64,000 nt of DNA from Bdellovibrionota bacterium (GCA_030584005.1 CP129486.1:2219971-2283970), one strand, 5' to 3'. Numbered from the stretch's first letter, positions 50,897-60,026 are shown. The notes: generated by a model from the letters alone, not told the origin. Numbers and translations are program-made.

Positions 50897-51280
50897 ATGA
50901 AGCATATGTTGTTACAAACTTCGCAGATGGTTCTTGCGTCGAAAGTATCGCTCGCCAATATAGTTCTCCCCGGCGCGGGCTATGAGACACGGGAACGGGA
51001 TAAGCACGATTGTTATCGTATAATGTTTTCGGGTCCCGGCGTAGCAGACACTCTTACAATGCGGGTTCTTAGCAAGACTCAGCCGCTAGAAGAAAAAGAA
51101 CTTGAAACGATGACCGCCATGAGTGCAATCATCCGAACAACTGATCATTCTCTAATCGAAGTAATGCATGATGCGCTTGTTCAAGATATTGTCTCTGGTC
51201 TTGATCTTCAAAGTTCCTTCCAACGTCTCGCAGATTTAGCTACAGTTCGGGGCGTGAGTGTAATGTTAACCGCGGGTTGA
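50897..51280 (+). CDS. hypothetical protein (cassette)
   Basis: 127-aa ORF. No motif recognised. 245 bp of unassigned sequence lies upstream inside the cassette, including the palindrome GGTCTGCCTGTGCAGACC. Confidence 0.4.
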   Translation: MKHMLLQTSQMVLASKVSLANIVLPGAGYETRERDKHDCYRIMFSGPGVADTLTMRVLSKTQPLEEKELETMTAMSAIIRTTDHSLIEVMHDALVQDIVSGLDLQSSFQRLADLATVRGVSVMLTAG

Positions 51281-51312
51281 ACCCGGGGTATAGAATGCGA
51301 TCTGATGAAGGC

Positions 51313-51407
51313 GCATAACAACGAAATCCACCAGATTGTCGCGCGCGACTTGCGAGGCAATTCGTGCTACAGTATGGCGCAACGACTGGTGATTTTATCC
51401 GTTATCC
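51313..51407 (+). other. attC site 4
   Basis: GCATAAC (51313) ... GTCGCGCGCGAC palindrome ... GTTATCC (51401). Confidence 0.6.
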
Positions 51408-51419
51408 TTTAAGTAAAGT

Positions 51420-51743
51420 ATGTTCGCGTCTTCTTTCTATATTATCATCGTAGTTTTGATTGCAATCTTGGGCATGCTCTCAAAATCTGCATTGGTGGTT
51501 CGAGAGGATCAGCGAGTATTGCTTTTTCGCCTGGGTCGATTCTCTACCGTAATGCACCCTGGCTTTCATCTTACGTTGCCATTTATAGACACCTTTAAGC
51601 TTGTTTCACTTGATTCGGCCCTCCCGGGGTGGAAGGGATTATCCTCTACGGAGATCCTCGATCGAGTGGTGGAAACTCAATTGGGAAAGGAGGTTCTTAA
51701 CGATTGGATTGCGAGGGGTCGAAAACCATTAAGGGAGATGTAG
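51420..51743 (+). CDS. SPFH/band-7-like N-terminal fragment protein (cassette)
   Basis: TM anchor then VVREDQRVLLFRLGRF...PGFHLTLPFID, which resembles the start of stomatin/HflC-family domains. Only 107 aa. Confidence 0.4.
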   Translation: MFASSFYIIIVVLIAILGMLSKSALVVREDQRVLLFRLGRFSTVMHPGFHLTLPFIDTFKLVSLDSALPGWKGLSSTEILDRVVETQLGKEVLNDWIARGRKPLREM

Positions 51744-51758
51744 GAGAGGTATTTTAAG

Positions 51759-51855
51759 GGATAACAAACGCCTCGACGGGAGGTGCGACCCGCGAGCGAC
51801 CGTAGAGATTTTAACGCCTGAGTGGGTCGCACCCCCGTCAGGCAGCCCGTTCTCT
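51759..51855 (+). other. attC site 5
   Basis: GGATAAC (51759) ... GGTGCGACCCGCGAGCGACC ... GGGTCGCACC ... GTTCTCT (51849). Paralogous to the attC at 59221. Confidence 0.6.
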
Positions 51856-51871
51856 CGCTAGGAGCAGCTGA

Positions 51872-52284
51872 ATGATTGAACAAGCCAAGACACGTGTGGA
51901 AACCCTGACTCCACCGAACACGCCTCGCCCTATTGGACCTTACAACCATATCGCAAAAGTTGGTGACTTTATCACTATTGGCGGGACGGCTGGAGTAGAC
52001 CCTTCGACTGGCAAACTTGCGGGGACGATGTTTATTCGCAGACCAAACAAATACTTTTGTCTTTCCAAGTAATGCTTGAAGCTATCGGCTCAGATCTTCG
52101 GCACGTCACCCACATTAATGTCTTCCTCGCCCGAATGAGCGACTTTGACAGAATGAACGAGGCATATGTTGAAATGATGGGTGATCACCGCCCAGCCCGC
52201 ACCGTTATTGGAGTAAATGAGTTGCCAAAGCCGGGAGTACTATTGACCATGAATTTAACGGCGGTGACTAAGAATGTTGGTTGA
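51872..52284 (+). pseudogene. RidA/YjgF-family (endoribonuclease L-PSP) cassette gene, frameshifted near 52060
   Basis: ORF 51872..52072 carries the RidA N-terminus (PIGPYNHIAKVGDFITIGGTAGVDPSTGKLAG). ORF 52057..52284 in another frame carries the C-terminus (HVTHINVFLARMSDFDRMNEAYVEMMGDHRPARTVIGVNELP). Confidence 0.7.
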
Positions 52285-52292
52285 GGTTGGCG

Positions 52293-52388
52293 AGAGAACA
52301 AATGGAGCGAGCGGAGGAAAGGTCGCAAACGTTTGTGAAGAATGGTAGAGTTGGAATGGCCTCTCCCCGCTCCTCCTCACCGTTATCC
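52293..52388 (+). other. attC site 6
   Basis: AGAGAAC (52293) ... GTTATCC (52382). Confidence 0.6.
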
Positions 52389-52396
52389 CGAACAGT

Positions 52397-52756
52397 ATGA
52401 GCCTTAGTCGTTATGCTGCTTACACCGTCTTCTTTCTCGCCATCTTATTTTTGGGCATCTGCGGATTACGGATGCAGTGCCGTTATGATTCCCAATGTGC
52501 CGATGCTTACAAGGACGAGGGTAAGCCGATAGTTCAGACGATTGCATCTTATCGCGGACTCAAGGGCAGATGTCCTGAAACACTATCCGAAATCGGATTC
52601 TCAGCGCCGTTCACAAGGTTTGGATGGTGGAAGTACTACCGAGCTCCCGATGGGCTGCAGTGCGGTCTCTCTCTCGGAGGAGATGGTATCTTCTTCATTG
52701 GATGGGATTCGTCGGGCCCTGGAGATAATGGCGATGGATGGATCCTTGGCGATTAG
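52397..52756 (+). CDS. hypothetical membrane-anchored protein (cassette)
   Basis: N-terminal TM segment YAAYTVFFLAILFLGICGL. Cys- and Trp-containing soluble part. Confidence 0.4.
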   Translation: MSLSRYAAYTVFFLAILFLGICGLRMQCRYDSQCADAYKDEGKPIVQTIASYRGLKGRCPETLSEIGFSAPFTRFGWWKYYRAPDGLQCGLSLGGDGIFFIGWDSSGPGDNGDGWILGD

Positions 52757-52785
52757 CGCGGGATAACAGCTATAAGGCCCCACCG

Positions 52786-54340
52786 AGTCAAGAAATAAAA
52801 AGAGAGTTCTGACCGAACCCTGGAGGCCTTTCTAATTCTTGAGAACCGCGCGTATTGCGAGGGTAGATTTCTAAGAACGGTTTGTAGGTGCCGCGAAGGC
52901 GTCTACACCAAACAGCTATTGGGGGTCGTTGAGCCACCAGAAACCCATCTGACACCTGCACGTAAGCTATGCAAGGAGATCGGGATAAGCGCAGAGGCTT
53001 TCACCAGTTGTTACGAGCCGAACGGAGGAGGCAGACGCGTAAGATCAGTTCCAAGCTATATGTAAAAGTGGGACGTGCGAGAGTTCTAGACAAACGTGGT
53101 GCGAGCTTTTTGGCGATGCAGCATGCGTGACGGACAAGCTTGAAGAGCTTACGAGTGTCGACGCGAATGGATTTGAATCGCCTATAAGTAGCTCAGTTAT
53201 ACCGCGAGACTCATCCCGCACTCCCGAAAAATCAGTTAAGCTGCGTTGGCATAAAATTTCTCAGCCTCCCACGGAGTTCGGCGTAAAAGGATAAAGTACA
53301 CAATTCTGGCGATTTTATGAGCGAGAACTGCGAGTGCTTTTGGCTTAGGATGCTTGCGGCAGAGAGCTTCGTACATTCTTTTTCCCTCTGCTGTGCGCAA
53401 AGAGAGCACAGCCGCTTCGGCGAATGCCCAGCGCAGGTGATGATTTCCGATTTTGGCACTCCCCCGGACACTGCCGCCTTTGGATTTCCGGCAGAGGTCT
53501 TCTGTGGCTTTATCAGCCGACAGTAAGATACAAAGTCCTGTACCGAGGGAAAGCGTGTGATGTCGTGAATCTCATAGAAGATAGTGGCAGAAAGGACAGG
53601 TCCGATGCCAGGAACGCTTCGGAGTAGTGCGATATTGAATCCAATCTCACCCTTGAGCTTTACTTGTGAAGTGACAAAGCTTTCGAGGTTATGGATCTGC
53701 GTAGTGAGATGTCCAATGGTGGCCAGGTCAGTCTCAACCATTCGGACAACAGCCTCGTCGCTGAATGGAATATCGAGTTCATTACGGCTCTTGTGATGAA
53801 CAAGATCAGTGGTAGGCGGTGGCAGGTTGTATTGCTGAAAGGTCATCTGAACATGGGCCAAGAGCTCTGACCGTCGATGAACGAAGAACAGCCTGCGTCG
53901 CATAAGGTCACGTGCTCCCCGCTGCTGTGCCGGGTAGACGAAGGCTTTTGGCAACATGCCACTCTTCAGAAGCATCGCAATTTTTTCAGAGTCGATTCGG
54001 TCATTGGCAGCTTTGCCACCGTGGATAGCTTTCATATACAGCGCATGCCCAAGGACAAACGTGATCCCCTCAGCCGCGCACACGTCAGCCAGCCAATACC
54101 AGCAGAACATGCACTCAACCGCTATGGCAAGGTTCTCGCGATACGGCGCAATGACCCTTAGCAACGCCTCCTTATTGGGCACATTCTTATGACACAGGAC
54201 TTTCCCTACCTTATCGACAATGCACACGTACATCGTCTTTGCATGCAGATCGATACCGCAGTAATATTCATGCTGTTCGTTATAGAACTTCATAAAAGCC
54301 TCCGTTTTGAGTTTCGCTCATGACCAATGAGCTTGCTCCC
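52786..54340 (-). mobile_element. IS110-family insertion sequence inserted within an attC site (boundaries approximate)
   Basis: Transposase ORF 53232..54293 lies between two halves of a single attC. The left half is GGATAACAGCTATAAGGCCCC at 52761. The right half is GGGGGCCTTTATGAGTG..GTCAATCC at about 54371, complementary to the left half. Total about 1.55 kb. Confidence 0.5.
53232..54293 (-). CDS. IS110-family transposase (DEDD/RuvC-like N-terminus)
   Basis: N-terminus CGIDLHAKTMYVCIV (the DEDD_Tnp_IS110 start). C-terminal block LRSVPGIGPVLSATIFYEIHDITRF...GNPKAAVSGG typical of IS110/IS1111 transposases. Confidence 0.85.
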   Translation of the reverse strand: MKFYNEQHEYYCGIDLHAKTMYVCIVDKVGKVLCHKNVPNKEALLRVIAPYRENLAIAVECMFCWYWLADVCAAEGITFVLGHALYMKAIHGGKAANDRIDSEKIAMLLKSGMLPKAFVYPAQQRGARDLMRRRLFFVHRRSELLAHVQMTFQQYNLPPPTTDLVHHKSRNELDIPFSDEAVVRMVETDLATIGHLTTQIHNLESFVTSQVKLKGEIGFNIALLRSVPGIGPVLSATIFYEIHDITRFPSVQDFVSYCRLIKPQKTSAGNPKAAVSGGVPKSEIITCAGHSPKRLCSLCAQQREKECTKLSAASILSQKHSQFSLIKSPELCTLSFYAELRGRLRNFMPTQLN

Positions 54341-54496
54341 ACTGTGGAACAACTCTTTCGATGCTCCAAGCGGGGGCCTTTATGAGTGTCAATCCGCTCC
54401 ACCAGATCTGCGCCCAGTGGATTAGATGGCAGCTCGAGAGTAAGATTTTGGGAGCAAACTGGTGAGCGTTTGCCTTGGTCCCTATCGGAAATATCC

Positions 54497-55447
54497 ATGT
54501 CACCGCAAAGACTATTATCGATTATTCGTCCTCACGGACTATTCTTATTACGCCATAAGCTAGCTTTCATATCGCAAACTGCCCCAGTGAAAGGCCTTCT
54601 CGGCCAGCGTAGTGTTGGGCTTTTTAAACTACTGTCCTGGCAACCCGGTGAACAAGCCTCAATTACCGAATTTGAAGACGTCCCGGTCGAGCGAATCTCT
54701 TGGGTGAGCTCAGTGGTCTCTGGCGAGAAGACCTATTTTCTGATTCATAACGGTCAAAGACATGGAGTCTTTGAGTTTACCAAATCGAAGCTTCGGCACG
54801 TTTGCTACCTGAGTGCAACCTCGAGATCTGTATGCATTTGGGATGACCAACTTTGCTCCCTTTCCTATGATATTGGGGGGCAGCTATTGCTTGAATACAT
54901 TGATCCGACGACTGGGAACATATTGTCACGAGCCTTGGCTGGACGAGGAGCAATAAAAAGGTCTGACCTATTGTCGACCATTCCTTCGGGCATCGTAGTC
55001 AGTACCGGGGAGCGGCTCCTCCTTTGTCGGCCAGAATCAGAAAGCATGGAAGAGATAATTGCCGGCGAGATCTCTCATGGCTGTTTGGCCATAGGGGATG
55101 ACTTATACTTCGTCAAGGAATGGAGAAAGGTATTCCACATGAATCTTGCAACACGAAAGATTGAGCTGGTTTCGGAAGAACCGAATCGCGTTCATTTCAT
55201 TGGAGCGAGTGGCGCCGGGCCGTTCTGGTGGTGTGGAGATGATCAGCAAGCAGAGGTGCGCCGCGCATCTGGTACGCATGTTGAAACAGTCCACACCATT
55301 CCTGGTTCGTTTCATCCGCCAATCCTTGTAGACGATTCACTGTACTGGATGTCATATCCAAAGAATGAAGGTCAAATTGGAATATTGATGGGTTTAAAAG
55401 TTGCGATGTCGGGGCAACATAGGGATCAACGCGAGAATTTTGCATAA
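54497..55447 (+). CDS. hypothetical protein (cassette, upstream partner of the deaminase)
   Basis: ORF track gives 54386..55447 starting at GTG inside the attC remnant. First ATG Met is MSPQRLL at 54497. About 316 aa, beta-rich. No motif recognised. Confidence 0.45.
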   Translation: MSPQRLLSIIRPHGLFLLRHKLAFISQTAPVKGLLGQRSVGLFKLLSWQPGEQASITEFEDVPVERISWVSSVVSGEKTYFLIHNGQRHGVFEFTKSKLRHVCYLSATSRSVCIWDDQLCSLSYDIGGQLLLEYIDPTTGNILSRALAGRGAIKRSDLLSTIPSGIVVSTGERLLLCRPESESMEEIIAGEISHGCLAIGDDLYFVKEWRKVFHMNLATRKIELVSEEPNRVHFIGASGAGPFWWCGDDQQAEVRRASGTHVETVHTIPGSFHPPILVDDSLYWMSYPKNEGQIGILMGLKVAMSGQHRDQRENFA

Positions 55448-55494
55448 GGCGAAATTCCGGACTATCTTGTGCCATTATATGCCTAAGAGTTCCC

Positions 55495-55956
55495 ATGGAT
55501 CATCTTCCCCACATAAGGCGCGCGATTGAATTGGCTGCGCTAGCTCGTGAGCGCGGCGACGAGCCCTTTGGTGCGCTATTGGTATTGGACAACAGAGAAA
55601 TTCTCTGCGCGGAGAACTCTGTACGCCTTGCTAGAGATCCAACGAACCACGCCGAGATGAATCTCGTGCGCAAAGCCTGGCAAGAACTGTCACCATCAGT
55701 GATTGCAGATTCGATTCTTTATACATCGACCGAGCCTTGTCCTATGTGCACTGGAGCTATTTTTTGGTCGGGGATCCGTCGAGTGGTTTTCTCGTTCTCG
55801 GCAGAAGATCTGGGAAAGATGGCAAATGACAAATTTTGCGGTCCATGTAGCGTTCTGTTCAATCGTGCAGAGCAGAAGACCGAAGTCATTGGCCCGATAT
55901 TAGCGGAAGAGGGTCGCAGAGTGCACGAGGGATTTTGGAGTAGCGTCAACAGATAA
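55495..55956 (+). CDS. CMP/dCMP-type zinc deaminase (guanine deaminase / TadA-like)
   Basis: HAE...PCxxC zinc-binding signature (NHAEMNLVRKA ... EPCPMCTGAIFWSGI). 153 aa. Starts 47 nt after the upstream ORF with no attC between them. Confidence 0.75.
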   Translation: MDHLPHIRRAIELAALARERGDEPFGALLVLDNREILCAENSVRLARDPTNHAEMNLVRKAWQELSPSVIADSILYTSTEPCPMCTGAIFWSGIRRVVFSFSAEDLGKMANDKFCGPCSVLFNRAEQKTEVIGPILAEEGRRVHEGFWSSVNR

Positions 55957-56048
55957 CAACTGGCGCCACACGGAGGCGAAGCCGCGTGAGCTCTGTGCTG
56001 GTGTGTAGCCACGTAATGGCTTCGCCCCGATGCGCGAAACCGTTCTAA
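55951..56048 (+). other. attC site
   Basis: AGATAAC (55951, overlapping the stop) ... GGAGGCGAAGCCGCGTG / CACGTAATGGCTTCGCC ... GTTCTAA (56042). Confidence 0.6.
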
Positions 56049-56066
56049 GTATAGGAGGGGCATTTT

Positions 56067-56759
56067 GTGAACATTACTCTCATCGGGATGTCCAATTTAG
56101 GAAAGACGCACTGGGCGACCAGATTGGAAACTGAATGTGGCTTTCGTCGCATCGATTGCGATGCGCTTGTAGAAGCCGCTCTTAGCCCCTATCTCCAAAC
56201 AAAGGGATACTCGGGGGTGCAGGACGTGGCGAAATGGATGGGGCAACCGTTTGACGAGCAATATCCTGCGACGAGCCAAGAGTTCGTTCGATGTGAGCGT
56301 GAGGTAATGCTCCAAATTGTTAACGTACTTCGACAGGCGCAAATCAAAGATGGGCCACCTCTAGTTGTAGATACTTGCGGAAGCGTTATCTACGCCGGTG
56401 ATGACATCAGAAAATCACTGTGCGAGTTGACCCATGTTGTCTATCTAGAGGCGTCCGACGCGCATAGAGCTCAACTCTTCGAGCGTTATATGGCTGAACC
56501 AAAGCCTGTCATTTGGGGTTCGGTTTTCAGTCAAGGACGTGGCGAGACTCCTCATGAGGCTCTTGCGCGTTGTTATCCGCAGCTCTTATCCTCCCGCGCG
56601 CGCCTCTATGAAGAGTGGTCGCACGTCAAGATACCGTTTGAGACGCATAGAGCAGTGGGTATCTCTCCAGCATCGGTTTTTTCGGAGCTGCAGCTGGGCT
56701 CCGGCAAACCAACTCAAGCAGAACGGCCCGGCGCTCAGCATGGAATTCAAGGAAGATAA
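56067..56759 (+). CDS. P-loop NTPase, shikimate-kinase-like / small-molecule kinase family (cassette)
   Basis: Walker A IGMSNLGKTH near the N-terminus. Fold resembles shikimate, gluconate or antibiotic kinases of the NMP-kinase superfamily. Confidence 0.5.
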   Translation: MNITLIGMSNLGKTHWATRLETECGFRRIDCDALVEAALSPYLQTKGYSGVQDVAKWMGQPFDEQYPATSQEFVRCEREVMLQIVNVLRQAQIKDGPPLVVDTCGSVIYAGDDIRKSLCELTHVVYLEASDAHRAQLFERYMAEPKPVIWGSVFSQGRGETPHEALARCYPQLLSSRARLYEEWSHVKIPFETHRAVGISPASVFSELQLGSGKPTQAERPGAQHGIQGR

Positions 56760-56851
56760 CACATTTTCACCCAGATTTGGCGCCCACGTTGAGATAGAGG
56801 CAATTCGAGACTACAATGAGGACGCCAAACTGGTGAAAATAGCCGTTATCC
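56754..56851 (+). other. attC site
   Basis: AGATAAC (56754) ... CAGATTTGGCGCC / GACGCCAAACTGG ... GTTATCC (56845). Paralogous to the attC at 58145. Confidence 0.7.
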
Positions 56852-56934
56852 GCCCTGACCTGCGACAATAATGTTTCGCCGACTGGTGAATTGCCCATAA
56901 CTAGGCATGGCGTATTACGTATCTGAGAGTTTTC

Positions 56935-57378
56935 ATGGTTAGTCGAGACAACAGAAACGCTGTGGGAATCGCAGTTGCAGCAGTCGCGTTGACCGTTGGA
57001 GGAAGCGCTTCGCAATCGCCTAATCTTGACTCGCGCGAAGCGCACACGCAACTTTCGAGCGTGAACCTTCCAGATTCTGTGAATAAGGCCACCTTTGTTC
57101 CGACACGAATGGATCCACATGCGTATTTTGTTTTGAATGGAAAGTTTCCTGCGCCGGATCCAGAGCGCCCATTTACCACCTTCTACTTGAATAGATTCGA
57201 AATGGCAGCATTGCTCCCTGACCGTGCCGAAACATTGCCAACGATGCCTGAAGGTGGCTCGGTTGAGGTTCCCTCGGCCGATCCGAATCGACCCCTTCAT
57301 ACAGAATTCCTGTCCAAGTCGCAGTTACAAGGACTCCCAGTATTCGAGGGATCGCAGGAATCTAATAAGAAAGAGTAA
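56935..57378 (+). CDS. hypothetical protein (cassette)
   Basis: 147 aa with hydrophobic N-terminus IAVAAVALTVGG. No motif. Followed by about 320 bp with no convincing ORF. Confidence 0.4.
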   Translation: MVSRDNRNAVGIAVAAVALTVGGSASQSPNLDSREAHTQLSSVNLPDSVNKATFVPTRMDPHAYFVLNGKFPAPDPERPFTTFYLNRFEMAALLPDRAETLPTMPEGGSVEVPSADPNRPLHTEFLSKSQLQGLPVFEGSQESNKKE

Positions 57379-57702
57379 ACGGATAAAGAAACAACTCGTG
57401 CCGACACCGCTGGCGCTGTGCGGCGCAGCCAAGCCATTATCCAGTCAGCCATGTTGAATTTAAAATCAACCCGAATCGAGCCGAAAGTCGAGAAATTGCT
57501 CTACGAAGTGCGGGATTTGCTGACTGGGCTAACCATGCTCTCTGCAACCTTGAAGTCACCTGTATCGGAGTCGTCGACGTAGATGGTTCCGAACTAACAG
57601 TATGCAGTACGGCAGAGTATTCCGCGGTGGTTAGAGCTCGACTGACGCCGCTGCTGCGTGAGTCTGGGTTCTCAGTCGAACCAATTAAAAACTGAGAACA
57701 GA

Positions 57703-57768
57703 ACATAACCCTCGAGCCGGTCTCGGCCCGCACAGTGGGGCCGAGGCGACTCAGGGTAGCCGTTATGT
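57703..57768 (+). other. attC site
   Basis: ACATAAC (57703) ... CGAGCCGGTCTCGGCCC / GGGCCGAGGCGACTC ... GTTATGT (57762). R'' and R' are perfectly complementary. Confidence 0.7.
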
Positions 57769-57829
57769 GTGCTACAGAAACGTCGAAGTTACCCATAACA
57801 GTCAAGAAGTCAGTTTCAATGAAGGTAGT

Positions 57830-58150
57830 ATGGCCGCCTTAGATTTGTCTCAAAATGCAATCGCAGGATGTATTCGTTTTTCCCAACAAAAACACTCCGC
57901 GGGAGGTGTAACATATTTTGAACCTCCACAATGTGGCGGCACAATCTTTGATGGATTACCACTTTGGCAGAGAGTTTCAGCCGCGCTGCAGGCGCCTGTG
58001 GCAAAAGATTATGGAGACGGCTATTTCTTTGTAGTAACTCCTTTGACAACCGAAGAAGCATTGAGGCAACAGTATTTTTCAATGACTGGTACGGCAGGCT
58101 TCGAACGAGCGATAACTGCAGCCCAAGAACAATTTCCGACGCCAACATAA
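57830..58150 (+). CDS. hypothetical protein (cassette)
   Basis: ORF 57767..58150 begins at GTG inside the attC. First ATG gives MAALDLSQ... of about 106 aa. No motif. Confidence 0.4.
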   Translation: MAALDLSQNAIAGCIRFSQQKHSAGGVTYFEPPQCGGTIFDGLPLWQRVSAALQAPVAKDYGDGYFFVVTPLTTEEALRQQYFSMTGTAGFERAITAAQEQFPTPT

Positions 58151-58239
58151 CACATTTTTCCAACAGATTTGGCGCCGCGACCGGGGGCGTTTGATCAAGA
58201 ATTGAGTTGGCGCCCAACTGGTAAAAGTAGCCGTTGTCC
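58145..58239 (+). other. attC site
   Basis: ACATAAC (58145) ... CAGATTTGGCGCC / GGCGCCCAACTGG ... GTTGTCC (58233). Confidence 0.7.
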
Positions 58240-58254
58240 TTGTAAGCGAACTGT

Positions 58255-59211
58255 TTGGCGAAAGAAATGACGATGACAACATTCCCAACGACGGAGAGGC
58301 GCGACACCAAATCCGCAACGGTCGGAGAAATTGTCAAACAAGCCCTTGGTGAGCCTGCCAGTTCGATTTTCCAAGTTCCAGAACAGGGAAATGTAAACAC
58401 CTCTTACTTCGTGGATACCCGAAGCGGGAGTTTCGTCGTTCGGGTCCGATTTGACCGTGACGAAATGCGACAATTTGAGGTGGAGAAGCGTTGCGCCGAA
58501 TTAATTCGCGTCGAGCATGATTGGACACCCGCCATCGTAGCAATTGGACGTTACGGCCCGCATTGCTACTCCATACAGGAGAGAGTGCGCGGGATAGTAG
58601 CGTCAGATTATCAGGGGAATCTTCTGGATATCTGGGAGCAGGTAGGGCGTTATTCCCGACACTTCCACCGCATAAGGACAGCGGGATATCTCTCCGATCT
58701 CTTTACCGCACCTCGTGACCCGTCTCGCCCATGGTGCCAGCATTACTTTGATGGATTGGGACGGCCCGAAGACGCGAAGCTCGTCAAGCTGGGAAGGATG
58801 ACCCCAGGCGATTTCGAGCGAGGATTGATAGCTTTGGAGCCTCTAAAACAGCTCACATTTGAACCAACTTTAGCCCATGGAAATCTCACCCTCAAAAACA
58901 TCGTAGTCGAGGCATCCGGTAAGGCGCACATTATTGATTGGGGGACGTGCCAAGGCCATCTGGCGACAGAGCTGGATATATCCGAACTACTTGTATTTCA
59001 GACTCCTCGGGAGTCCTTGATGGCTTACTTACGTGGTCATGGATTGCCGGTAGATTACATTGAGCAGAATTCCGAATTGCTTGACAGACTGCGATTGGCT
59101 CGGCTTTTCACGACGGCGAATTGGCTATGTGAAATCGATAGTCCCAGAGGGGAGGATTTGTCCAACTACTTGGCTGGAACCAGCGCTGCTCTAAAACGAT
59201 TCAACGTTTGA
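58255..59211 (+). CDS. aminoglycoside phosphotransferase (APH)-family protein kinase-like enzyme (cassette)
   Basis: 318 aa. Catalytic loop LAHGNLTLKNIVV (HGDxxxxN type) and metal-binding IDWG (the D-F/W-G equivalent). Brenner-type N-lobe. Confidence 0.7.
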   Translation: MAKEMTMTTFPTTERRDTKSATVGEIVKQALGEPASSIFQVPEQGNVNTSYFVDTRSGSFVVRVRFDRDEMRQFEVEKRCAELIRVEHDWTPAIVAIGRYGPHCYSIQERVRGIVASDYQGNLLDIWEQVGRYSRHFHRIRTAGYLSDLFTAPRDPSRPWCQHYFDGLGRPEDAKLVKLGRMTPGDFERGLIALEPLKQLTFEPTLAHGNLTLKNIVVEASGKAHIIDWGTCQGHLATELDISELLVFQTPRESLMAYLRGHGLPVDYIEQNSELLDRLRLARLFTTANWLCEIDSPRGEDLSNYLAGTSAALKRFNV

Positions 59212-59220
59212 CTATTATAA

Positions 59221-59317
59221 GGATAACAATTACGTCGAGTTGACGAGGACCCGCGAGCGACTATGGATTTTGGATCTGTTGTAGTGGGCCCGCGCAAATC
59301 ACGCTAACCGTTTTGTT
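59221..59317 (+). other. attC site (R' core degenerate)
   Basis: GGATAAC (59221) ... GACCCGCGAGCGAC ... GTTTTGT/GTTCCTG (59310-59321). Homologous along its length to attC site 5. Confidence 0.5.
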
Positions 59318-59327
59318 CCTGGACTAG

Positions 59328-59972
59328 GTGTTGGATATAGAAGCTGAGATCCTCAAATATTTGGTCGCGAAGTGGTCGCCCCAGGTTGTCCTTCTTGGTG
59401 GCTCACGTGCTAGCGGCGACACCACTGCTTTCAGTGATTGGGATCTCTATCTGATTGGCAACTATCCAACTAAAGACTGCTTCCCTGAACAGTTTGGGGG
59501 CCAGCACCTAGACATAGAGGTCCGGTCACGCTCCGATGTGCCTCATGATGTCTTTCAACTCTACTACGGGCCGGTTCAAGCATTGAAGGTTTTACTAGAC
59601 AGTAGCGATCAGCTCGGCCGTCGCATAGTTGAGCAAACTCGCCTCGTATATGAGCGAGGACCTTTGCCGAAATCTCAGGGAACCCTCGCCGCAGATAGAA
59701 ATGAACTGGCGCGTCTTGTGACAAAAATATTGTCACATTCCTCAGATCCTGAAGCCTGCTTCACAAACCTAGGACTTTTTCACCGCATGGCGATTCAGCT
59801 TTGGTTTGAGCAGCGAGGTCGCTGGTCACTCCCTCCACACAAAGGACTACCCATTATAAGGTCAGAGGATGGGCATTTTGCTGAGCTTCTTCGGGAACTT
59901 GCGGAAGACAATCCAATCGAGAGCAAGTTAGAAGCCTGTGCTAGAATTCAATGGGAAATTTGGAGAACATAA
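59328..59972 (+). CDS. nucleotidyltransferase-domain protein (Pol-beta superfamily, ANT/Lnu-like; cassette)
   Basis: GS...D.D motif LLGGSRASGDTTAFSDWDLYLI near the N-terminus. 214 aa. Confidence 0.65.
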   Translation: MLDIEAEILKYLVAKWSPQVVLLGGSRASGDTTAFSDWDLYLIGNYPTKDCFPEQFGGQHLDIEVRSRSDVPHDVFQLYYGPVQALKVLLDSSDQLGRRIVEQTRLVYERGPLPKSQGTLAADRNELARLVTKILSHSSDPEACFTNLGLFHRMAIQLWFEQRGRWSLPPHKGLPIIRSEDGHFAELLRELAEDNPIESKLEACARIQWEIWRT

Positions 59973-60021
59973 CAACCAAATCGAACGGACGGTGTAACGC
60001 CGCTCATTCCAGCAGTTCTGC
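59967..60021 (+). other. attC site (short)
   Basis: ACATAAC (59967, overlapping the stop) ... GTTCTGC (60015). Confidence 0.55.
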
Positions 60022-60026
60022 GCCAT

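Noticed and set aside
57437-57805. 122-aa minus-strand ORF
   Set aside because: It runs antisense through a well-formed attC (57703..57768) and through the start of the next cassette ORF. Most likely a shadow ORF in a non-coding cassette tail.
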